NCBI GenBank assembly: GCA_024679065.1
Contig: JAGIQG010000008.1
Span: 86,242,001 to 86,306,000, forward strand
Direction: 5' to 3'
Origin: Sphyrna mokarran
Lineage: Eukaryota
Length of the DNA stretch: 64,000 nucleotides
The translations under genes were made by a program, and so were the position numbers. The notes under the pieces are model-generated. The model did no database searches and was not told the origin of the DNA. It saw only the letters and a program-made list of their open reading frames with translations. Of this stretch, positions 40,901 through 52,900 are shown in pieces. Within the stretch, counting starts at the first letter, position 1, and the number at the start of each line of letters is the position of its first letter.

Positions 40901-43900
40901 CTTGGCCAACACACCTAATTAGCTTGTCTTTCGAACTATGTGAGGAAACTGGGGCACCTGGAGAAAACCCACATATATATTATGCAGAGCTGGGCCGAGA
41001 GGTGGCAAATGGAGTTTAATGTGGAAAAGTGTGAGGTAATGCACTTTGGCAGGAATAATAAATGTGTAGAGTATATGGCTAATGGTAGGATTCTTAATAG
41101 TGTTGATGAACAGAGGGATCTTGGTGTATATGTGCATCGATCCCTGAAAGTAGGCAGTCAAGTCGATAAGGTTGTTAAGAAGGCATATGGAGTCTTAGCT
41201 TTTATTGGTAGGGGGATTGAATTTAGGAGCCGCAGCATCATGTTGCAACTGTACAAAACTCTAGTGCGGCCGCACGTGGAGTATTGTGTGCAGTTCTGGT
41301 CCCCACATTATAAGAAAGATGTGGAGGCATTGGAGAGGGTACAGAGGAGGTTTACCAGGATGTTGCCTGGTATGGAGGGCATGTCTTGTGAGGAGAGGCT
41401 GAGGGATTTGAGGTTGTTTTCGTTAGAAAGGAGGCGGCTAAGAGGATACCTTATCGAAACATATAAGATGATTAGAGGTTTAGATAGGGTGGACAGTGAT
41501 AGCCTTTTTCCTAGGATGGAGAAAGCTAGCACGAGGGGACACAGCTTTAAATTAAGGGGTGATAGTTATAGGACGGATATCAGAGGTAGGTTCTTTACCC
41601 AGAGGGTGGTTCGGGAGTGGAATGCTCTGCCTGCGGCAGTTGTAGATGCGCCAAGTTTGGTGGCGTTTAAGAGGTTAGTTGATAAGTTTATGGAAGAGAA
41701 GGGAATGGTTTAGTTTGGAGGGTCATTGCTTTTTTTTCATAATTGGTCGGCGCAACATCGAAGGCCGAAGGGCCTGTTCTGCGCTGTAATGTTCTATGTT
41801 CTATATATATGGGGAGAACATGCAGACTCCACACAGACAAGTGATCCAATCAAATCAAAGACAGGTTACTGGTGCTGTGAGGCAGCAGTGCTAACCACTA
41901 TGTCCCTGGGCTACCTTTCTATATTACTAATAACTATATTATAATACATTGACCTGGTTGTGATCAAATAGTCCATCTGCTGACTCACAATCACAGTCAT
42001 CACAGGATATCTGTTCCTATCTATTACTCCACGTCTTTTTTATTGTATAGGCCTGCATGCACTGCCCAAACTTTACACCTTGTAATCCCTCCTTTTACCA
42101 TTTATTTATTTTTAAATCAACTTTTTGTCATTATAAATTCTTATGACTGGATTAAGATGGAAACCAGTGACATAAATACATAATCCTGTAACTGCCATTA
42201 CATGATGTTGTCTAAACTTTACTGCTCAAATTACTGAAAAGTTTTTCCACATACTTTGCATCCAGAATGAAAATCAAACAGTTTCTCTAAAGGGTATGTT
42301 GTCTGCCCTGCTATATTATTGACCAAGTAGTGAAGATGTACTCTCCAATTTTAATACACTTTATACTTTATATTTGTTACAAAATTTGTAAACTAGTGAA
42401 GATGTAAATCTTCACTATTTTACAAATTTTGTAACAAATATAAAGTGTATTAAAATTGGAGAGTATATAATCTTATGTCATTAGCTAAAGTGAATTCAGA
42501 ATTTTGAAGCTAACTAATTATTCAGCTACATTTTGCTGACTTTAAAAAAGGTAAATGTCCTATTTGCAAACACCAGTGAGATAAAGAAGGGAGGAGGAGA
42601 AAACAGATGAGGGGGACATTTTACGAGAGGGGTGACAGCTTGCCCCTCAGAAGAAAAGTTGATTTGCTTCTAGCAAACCGACCTAACAGCTATAATATGT
42701 TGCAAAGCAACTAAATTATCTGACTTCTGCCCCTCAGTGGAAAGGGAATCCTACCATTGGGCAGACCGGCTGCTGCCTCCAGCAGTCCTGGCAGCAGCAA
42801 GAGTTCAATAGTGGGCACTGCCAGGAATTCAGCCAGTCTCAAGAACAGGAACCAATGGATCCTGGAGTAAAGCCAGTTAAGGCATTCAGAAGAAAGGATT
42901 TGGTCTGCTTAGGCAGAGGAAGGGTTGGGTGTAGTCAGACTGGTCTTGGAGAACATTTGGGTAGGAAAGGTAGGGGTATTTTCTTAGCTGGGCTACTCTT
43001 GATTTGATAAGGGCAGCCCATCTCCTGAAGATAGTAGCCCCTTTTCCCCATCCTTTTAAAAACTTCTTTAAACAGATTGATCACTCATGCCTGCCTTCCC
43101 ACACCAAACATGTTAATAGGCTCCATTAACCCTTCATTATTCATTTATATATGATGGATGGGTTGCTGATTTTTGTGCTCACCCAACTGTTGTGTTATGG
43201 GGTGAGCTTTGAGTTGGGTGCGAAGATGAGGTGAGCTGGGTACCTACCATATTTTACATGCCCACCTCCATTGTAAACATACACAATGAGAGCATACAAA
43301 ATCCAGTTCAGTGTAGCTTTCCTCAGTAAAATTTGATTGACTTTGTCACGAAAGGTAGGTTAAATTTTGAAACAAAGCCTTTGATGGAAATATATGAAGG
43401 GAATGTAGGAAGAGGAGGAGAGGAAAACATTGATTGAGGATGCGAAGATCTCATCTGGCCTCTAACCACATGAATTGTAGAAGAATGGAGAGAACTTTAC
43501 AGTAGGTCACAGATAACGTGGATGAGAGCAGCATGCAAGAGGAAGGACATATATGGATTGAATGGGTAATTGAAAATGAAAAATGTTGTGGTTGTGCAAA
43601 GGGGGCAGATTAATTAGTAATCTTATAAAAACAGTAGTATGCAGAGACCATACTACTGGTCTCAGCATACTACTTCTATCATATCACATGCTTTACACGT
43701 ACATGCAGTCCTCAATTATACAATATTTAATTTATGATGAACAGCACTGACACTTTAGGGAGGACAAGTGAAAAACGTTCAAATATTGACGTTCCAAGCT
43801 GCTCATTCCCGTGCATCAAGGCATTCATTTGGTGTTCCAACATGTTCTGACTTGTCTGATCATTATATTTCCAAACCTTTTATTAACATTGCCATTGGAT

Positions 43901-46900
43901 AATATTAATTTATTGCTTTATTATTCTTCATAATTGATTAAGCAGAAAATTCTAGATTATTTTGGTCAAAATAGAGTATCAGACCATTTGGTTCAGGAAA
44001 TCATTTGATTTATAACATTGTTTTTGTGGGAAAATCAATTCTGACTTGCGACATTCGATTTAAGATACATTCTTCAGGAACCAATGATGTTATACGTCTA
44101 AGGAAAGTCTGTACTCAAGCAAATAGATGTCTCTCTCTTTCACGAGACTCATTCAGATATAATTACTTGATTATATGATTATATTACATCTCATAATCAA
44201 ATGATTAAGCATAAGCATTAAATTATCTTTTGGTCTTTAAGTATCTTTATTAACACGTCTTGCTTTGAGATCTCAGGCTGTTGCACAACCTGAGCTGGCA
44301 ATTAATTTTATCTCTTTAAGAGTTCGCTAACAAGCATTGCCAAATGCAATGCTCAAGATGTTGAAGTCTGATTTGGCTTTCATGAAACTTAAACATGAAA
44401 TATTTGTTTCTCACTTTTGTTACTGAACACTTCCCTAAAATGAATAGATATTTTTGAGAGATGAGTTGGCAGTTATCTGTGATACCTTCTTAGAACCAAG
44501 TATTGATTTCCACAATGAACTGATTGTGTACTGTAGCTGTATTAAATCCTGAAGATCTTTAATAAAATTCTTAAAAATCACGATTTCCAGTTTTCTACAG
44601 CATTTTAATTAACTAGTGTTCCAGTTTGACAAAATGATTCTGACTGAAATCTTTGCATTTAATCACCACATATTTTCCCTTATTACATATTATAACTTGT
44701 AACAGTTATTGCATAAATATCATTCATTGACAGGTTGATTGCATCAAAGAAAAGTTTCCTTTCTGCTGGCGTGAACCCAAATTTTCCAGCATCCATACAG
44801 TCGAAATTGGAATTTAGGAGGTGATTCTCCCATCATAACCCACAACTTTTCTGGGCTGGGCTGGGAGATACAGGTCGTCGGCCTTTTTCTGGGATTTACG
44901 CATGCGCCAGAAACATGTGCGCATCTCCCAGAGATGGAGAACAGTCAGACTCCAGACCTCACTGGAAACCAACGGGAAAAAAGGTAATTGATTTGAATCT
45001 TTTTAAATACATTTTTGCATGTCATTATCGGAAACTTGCCAGGCTCCATTGAATTTCCTATCCCACCAGGAATGCTTCATTTCGGTAGGGTTTAGAGTTG
45101 CTCCCTGTGCTCGGGGAACTTGTGGGAGACCCTACTGAAATGAAGGGGGTGGCAATTAGGGCACCGCAAGGGGGTCGGACGAAAGGAGATGTTGCCCCTA
45201 GGAATGGGCATCCTGGGCAGTGCCAGCCAGTGTCCCTGGCACTGCCCAAGGGACAAAGTACCCATGCCCCTGAACACCATGTATTAGGCAGTGCCAAAGA
45301 GGTGGGGCCTACTGTGGGCTAGGCCTGGGGCAATTGTGGGGGTGTGGGAAATTCACTGCTGCTCTGCATGGGGATCAGTCTGGGCTGGAGGGAGGCCAGT
45401 GATTAGGGCGGGTGGGGGGTAGAGTTCATTTGCTGGGGGATCCTGCCAGGGTGAGAGAGACTGGGGGAGAGTCGCCACTGCTGGGGTATGACGTGGACAT
45501 TGTTGTGGAGGGTGCAATTGGGCCATAGAGGGGTGCTGGAGGGAGAGCAATGCGGGGATCCTGGGCTGGGCAATGATTGAGCTGTCCAGCAAATGGGGAG
45601 ACTGACAGATTAGGACCATGTCCGTGCGCACAGTTCTGGACCTGTCAGACTCCAATGTGCATAGGCCCCACCCCTGGCCTGGTTTTTAATGAGATTCCCA
45701 ATTGTGCCAATTGTGATCTCTACAGTGCACAGAGTGGGGAGATTCCAGTCTGAAACTGCACTGAAAAAAAAACAATCGTGATCTCAAATAGTTTTCCTAC
45801 CAATTCAGCACTTCTGGGAGAATCGTCCCATAAAGTTGAGATACATGAGTCAAGACTCTGTGGAAGTCCTGACACACACTCTGGACAGTTTAAAATTCTG
45901 ATGAAGATAAAACAGGCAAGAATTTTGAAGATTTAAGAAATAAGGAATTCCCTGAGTGGACTGTCACAGTTCAAGAAGGCAGCCCACCACCACCTTTTCA
46001 AGGGGCAATAGGAATAGACATCAAATGCTGGCCAGCCAGAAATGCCCATATTGGATGAATGAATAAATTTAAACGTAGAAATTTCTGGAGCACTCAGCAG
46101 ACTAAGAGAAGAGATTTTAGAAGGAAGACAAGGCCTCATGAAGCATGATGCCTATTTAAAAGCCAGGAGGAATGTGGGATTTAAGCCACAAGGCTACATA
46201 TCCCCCAAGAACATGACGTAACATACCTGGGTAATAAGCTGCTTTTGATTGAGTTAATTAGTTAATGGAGATATATCTTTTATCCAATTTGGTAAATTAA
46301 TTGCCTACTCAGTAATTTTTAGCCAATATTAATTTCAGTTTATTTGTTTCATTAAATGTCTTAAAATGCAAAATCTTATTGTGCAATTTTTTCTGTTGGT
46401 CATTGGGGAATCCATATCTCTTTTCAAAAATTATCAGTCTCTACAGGGATTGTAACACTAATCTCTGGACTCGCCTTCGGGAAGCTGGGGCAGAGGGGGA
46501 TGTTGGAGGCTGGAGAGTGCATTAAATTTCACCAAAGCTCTGCTCAGTGCAGTGCTCCTCTAGAATTGTTCAGAGCAAGAATGTTTTTGAACATCCCAGT
46601 AGTCTACTCAATCACATTTTGTCTGGTGAAAATAGTTTGAAGGCAAATATGAGGGCTGCCAAATGCCAAGGCAGTCTGCATAAAAGCCTCATCCTGGTGT
46701 TCTGGGAATTTGCCCCAGTCATTTTATTTAATATTCGACCCTCTTCACAATTTCTTACTGTTTACCCCTCCCACATCCCATTCATGTCAACTGATGCCCT
46801 CTATCAACCCCCAGTAGTCTTTGGATATCTGGCTTTGTTAGGTTGTCAGAAGTGCTGTCTTTCAAATGAAACATTCAATCATGTCTGTCCTATTATGTTG

Positions 46901-49900
46901 ATGGAAAGGGTCTGACAGCAATATTTTAAAAAGCAGAAGAGTTTTCCACATCATCCAATGTTTATTGTTCAATCAAAATCATTAGAAGCAGATTATCTGG
47001 TTATTATATTGTTATCTCACTGGGTACTTCGAGTTCACAGAAGCATTATCATGTTTCCTATATTGCCAAGTTAGAGGTAAAATTAGAGGTAAAAATTTTT
47101 TGCTTTCCTTGGTGGCAGATGTAATTGCAGATGGGAGGGGAAAATATTGTACAGGTGTAAAAGCCAGATTTATATCAGCATGAAAATAGATCGCGAATAT
47201 CTGGTCCAGACTTCAATGATGGTTTGCATTTCCCATGGCACCATGTAAGGAATGACATTTGAATATTATGAATGTTCATTTTGAAAGCAGTTTTGATACA
47301 AACACATCATATAGGTGTGCTCAAGATATTCCTACCACTGCACATGAAGGCCTCACGAGGACAATCTTCAGACACCTAACTGCAACAAAAGAATACTCCT
47401 CCTCTTCAACACTATCATTTTCCCCGAAAGCAGCCTTGGCCCCTAACTAGTCAGAAAAATCAGATAGACCATGGAATTCTCAAGGTTCAGCATCATTGAG
47501 GGCCATCTCCCTTTTCAGCAGTCCTGAGCTGCAGGCAATCAGAAGACTGTGTGTAGGTGTGGTTTGAATGTGGCACATAATACAATGATCTTCCAAGGTA
47601 GGGCTGCTGAATCGCAGATCACCTGCCCACGATACAATGATTTAATGAAGTGAGAAGTATTTTATCAGGCTTGAAAACTCGCCATTGCGGCCAATGGGAA
47701 AAATATTGTTCTTCCTGCCCGACATCATGCTTAGTCCATGGAGTGGAAAATCCCACCCAGAATCTCATTGGTTGCTAAGCACCTTGGATTGATCTGGGCC
47801 ATGAAAGGAATTTTATAAATAGAAGGTTTACTCTCTTTTGACACCATAATCAAAGTGATGACCTGACTTCTACTTATGCTCATAGTTTATGTTTAATATT
47901 ACAGTGATAATAAATAATGTATGACATAATACTCATGACCATCTGTATTTGAATGTGATATTGATCATGAGCTGAAAACAGACAGAATTAATCAACATGG
48001 GAACATATGAATTTCCTTTTATCTGTCAGTAGCGTCGAGGTTCAGCTAGCCGAATGCCACTATCCATTTCTTGGTTTTTTTGTCACCTCGGGCATTATTA
48101 ATCATAATTTAATGACATGCCATTCAACAGAATATCAACAAATGCTCAGATTAATGTTGGAGAAATGACTACTCACAGTAACTTTGTGTTAACCTCAAGC
48201 ATGCAGCCTGCAAAACCAGTTGCACCACCACTTGGAACATATTGGATCCTGGTATCAGGAGACACTATCCAACTAAAGTCACCTTAAGTGACTTTAAACT
48301 AAACTAAATTAAATGTGGCAGACATTTTATACTGCAGTTTGGAGCAGACCAGCATTCTCTCCTGATTTTAATAATACACAAAGATCAACAATCCTGCAAC
48401 TGGGACATAAGATAGAGTATAAACTTTGTTATTGGTTCGCTGAATGCAGAGGCATCAATGTAGCATGGAAAATGGCAGGCCTTGCACAATGATATGAAGA
48501 ACTCCACAACTTGTATTGAATTGAACACTCTCTGTAGTGAATCATATTTCAGATTTGCTTCCAAAGCAATGTAATAATGACTTTGCTCTCTAGAAATTCC
48601 AACAGAATATTCCTTCAAGGCTTTGATTTATATTATCAAGAAAACAGATTAATTACTGCCTGTTTATATTGTTTTCTTTTATATTATTTTACATTCAAAG
48701 GACTGAATTTTACATGCTCCTTCGTGTGTTTCCCACAGGTGAGGCACATAAAATAGGTCGGGCACCCATCCCACCATCTTCCCACCCATCCCAAAGCTCA
48801 CCCAAAATAAGATGGGTGAGCAGACACCAAAATTGGCAGCCCTTACAAAACACTTAAATAAAAACTGAAGGATCAGTTAGGCTTGTTTGTAAGCCTATGC
48901 CTTAATAAGGCCCAAGCCTTAAAAGAGTGGACAGCCAGGTGGGAACAGACAGCCCTATTTTATTCCTAAGATAGTTAAAGGGCAGGGAGAAATTGAAATG
49001 AGGGGGAAGATGGGGGAGGGGTGGGGCAGTTGCACTTGGGACTTCCCTTTGCTGACTGCGGGTTAGTCTACCTAAGATCAAATCTCCCTGTTTCTTCCTA
49101 TACTCTCCCTTTCTTAAACACAGCCCATCTCCCTAACATACCCTAATCTTCCCGACCCAAGACACCAGACTTTCCTCTTCTTTGTATCCCTCTTCTCCTT
49201 GTGCTGCAGTTCTGGCAGCAGCCTTCTCACACTGCTGGGACTGATAGAGCTGCTTGCTCCAGAGGGCAGAACTTCTGTCCACGTGAGGGACAGTGGTCCC
49301 ACTCAGTCCTCCTTAATAAGCCTCGCAGTGCTTTACTACTGCAGGATGGATCAGTCTGGAGCATGTCGGCAATATTTCTGGGAGGACATGCCATCCACTC
49401 ACCTCCATCCCCTCCAAACTACTCCTGCAACAACACGGTGTTGGGTTTGCTCAAGGTGACAGGTATGAAACAACCAGGCTGAACCTAGGGAATATGAGAA
49501 CAACAGACTGACCTCAGAGAGAAAATAAACCTTGTGAGACTATTGTATTCCTCAGTGCAGTATCTTTCCTTATTTTTCAAGCAGTCACATTGGCAGCTAG
49601 AAAGATACTGGACTTCCCAAACATATATGACTATTTCAATATCTTACTATAATCCTGAATATAAATCTATTGATCTTCACAGAATTTGTTTATGGAGCAC
49701 TGGTGTCAAGTCTGAAATGGCATCTAGTCCACTGAGTGGAACAGTGCTCTTTCTACATATCCATTCTGTTACTTGCCACCTTAAAAAGAGATCATTTTGA
49801 TCCATAGCTATGTCATGCTAAATTCCTGGTCCTCTCCAAATGCCTTGACCCAGTATTTTATAATGTGTGTTTTGTTACTCTAATTAAAATGTAACGACAG

Positions 49901-52900
49901 ACAACTAAGAGATTCATGATCACCGGTGCATATCTTGTGCTACAACTGCCAACTAGGCACTCATCAGCGGTGCTCTCTTGAAATAATTCATGAATGACTG
50001 TAAGAGCTAACAGGTGGAAGATCTGTCTCCCTTAATATTCTATGACAATGCACTGGACTCTCAATATTCTCTCAAGTTAGTTTTAATGCATCCAGTATTG
50101 AACATGAATGCCATTAATTTCTCAAAGGACTTTCTCTATTGTCTCCCATAAATTTGGCAGAATTCTCAGAGAAATGGCATAAACCCAGCTGTACTGGGTT
50201 TCTGCCATTTCCAACAGTTTTATCAATAAATTGTAAGGGGCATAAATTTCATCCACTTCTTACATGATGGCCATAGCTCAGAGCCAGTGGTAAGAACTCC
50301 AAAAATCATCTGTGGCCCTGTTGATAATTTTCCAAATATAATTGTGTATTCCAGTGAATAGTTATTATCATACCTTTGAATAAGGCATTAAAAGTGAAAG
50401 GTTGTAATGATCTTCTCTTTCATTGGAAGGACAATTCCCAAAATTAAGGTTTGTGCTTCCCTGATTAAACATAGCCAGTTTCCTAAAAAATTTTGCACAT
50501 ATAGTTTTGAGGGTAAGTTTGGGGGTCTGCAGTTCATGTAAATGAACTGGCCTTACATCATTTCTTTCCTTTAAACGATATGCCATATTAATGAATATCT
50601 ACTGGTATATCTATTTCCAGAATGTTAATTACAACAAAGAATGATCTTTCTAACTTTTGGATAGAAACATTCAGAGAATAAAAAAAACTTGGAATACATT
50701 GAAAAATTAATCTTTAATAGTCCTAAAAATAGAGTTCAGTTTAATTTATGTTAAAATTAAAACCCCATCATGTTTGCCTAACCCTCATCATTTGGAATAT
50801 TCACTTCTCAAATTTCCTGTTGCTTTTAAACATAATACTCCAGCAAAGAGGGAGAGAAGAGGGCAACCTTATAAATAGCATAATGATCATAGATCATTTA
50901 ATAGTTTTAATAGTGATGACATAGGGAATGCCAACATGTATTGCTTAACAATGATAATTTATCATTGTCGCTGCAGGTATGTCAGATGCACAGTGTAAAT
51001 TTGTATACCTTTAACTGACTCATTTAGAGCTATTTATGTGGCCTCAAGTGTACTATTTTTTAAGGATAATCACTCTGAACCCTGGAACCTAGGTGCAATC
51101 ATTGAATCTAAGTTTATTGTTAGGATATATCGGGCAGAATTTTCCCTTCCAGTCCACCGCAGACATTGCAGCAGGTGGCGGTTTGGGGAGGTTATGGGGG
51201 AGGGGGGGAGGGGGGGGGGTGGGGTGGGGAGGTGGGGGGGGGGGGGGTGATGGTGGGGAGCCATGCAAAGATCTGTTGGTGTTGGATGAGATTTTCTGGT
51301 TTTGGGGTAAGCGTGGCCGAAAAATTCCATTCATTGTGTTTCACTGATGATTCCTCTCTCTGTAATGATGAGTTGAACATCAATGATAGAACATTATTAC
51401 ATTGATTCAATAGGTATGTACTCCATTAACTGTTTCTATTTGTGCATTATAATTTCAAATGTACAATGTTTACATCATTTTAATTGCAACGGTGATCCAA
51501 TACACACCAGCAAACACAGCAATGTTCAATTTCTATTGATTATCAGCACAAGAAAACAGAGGATTCAGATCTTCCAGTCTGTGGATTGCTATACCCTAGA
51601 GGATGTGCTGGAGAACCCTCAGAAGTTCCAACACAAAGGACTCTGGAAATAGCCTGCAAAGTTTCAACTTCTGTTCAGCAACTGTCCTGCATCTAGAACC
51701 CTTTGAAACTGAGTTGAATTCACAGACTTTGAATGGTTCAGATGCACTTAGCAGAATAGTTACCCAGAAATAGTCAGAAGGATTTAAACGGTCCTAACTC
51801 CTTGATAACTCTACTGCTACAAGCCCACCTCTCACTCTCACTGACACCTGACTATCTGACCATCCCAACTGTTCTCCAGATCATCCTCAACATCAACATC
51901 ATCAACCACTTGACTACACAACTAACCATCAACCCTGACTACCCCACACTAACCACCACTCCACCCCCAATGACCCCCAACCAACACCCAACTATGCTCC
52001 GATTCTTTCTAACCATCCAGTTCTGACATCCATCCATCTGCTATCCTATCCCCTCACTCACCCAACTCCTATCCTACTCCCTCATCTTCTTTCAGTAGCT
52101 TGTTAAACTATGTTTGGCACCTTTAAACTTACCATAATACAGCAGAGAGATATGATTTAGCTTCCCCCAGGGAAGGATTCCAGGCGCAGGAGGCCTGGTT
52201 TGGAAGTCCGAATGAAAATGTACAACTTGAGTGCAAGGTAAATAAATAACAGTAGAATGGCATTCTGACAATGACTGCCACTCCTCAGAAGATTTAGCCG
52301 GGGATCAGAAAACCAAAACAGAATCATAGTATAATAATGAAGACATAAGATAAGTTATAAGGCTTTCCTTCTGGAACTCATTACCTCAGATAAAGTACAC
52401 AGCATTTCAGTATGAAAATTGGTTTAAAAAGTAGTAAATCTCTGCACTGAATTTGGTACATTTGCAATTTAGTATAGCAATTTTAAGAGAGTGCTGCCAA
52501 CAAGTTTTCCTAATGTTAACATATATATTTGGGAAGCTGAGTCCTATGAATGCAGGAGAAGCTTTCCCTTGGCAGACTGACAGTGTCATTACTTTGAATT
52601 TATTTGGTCTGTTGCACATACATATATCATCAGCCTTAAACAAAATTATTGCCCACCCCGCTTTTGACATCTTCTGGTCCGCTGCTTTCAATGAAGTTTC
52701 CCATTGCTTGCACTCTCCATCACCGGGGAACCTATGTCGGCAGGACCAGCTGTAAAATCCCACCCATAGTAACATAATTGCATTGTCTTTAGTCTTACTG
52801 ATTAACTATACATTTTTGGCATGCATCACTTATTTAATATTGCTGAAATAATGGTTACTTACCCAGATGGGCAAACACATCCTGACTGACATGGCATGGA

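Noticed and set aside
40940-41713. 257-aa ORF as a host gene
   Set aside because: The first 14 or so residues are antisense SINE/TSD sequence and the rest is the C-terminus of CR1 ORF2.
50171-50211. 18-bp stem hairpin
   Set aside because: Lies just inside a GGCAGAATTCTC MITE-like terminus; most likely a transposon subterminal palindrome and too short for a pre-miRNA.
51038-51410. Overlapping Gly-rich and Pro-rich ORFs
   Set aside because: Artefact of the G/C homopolymer tract.
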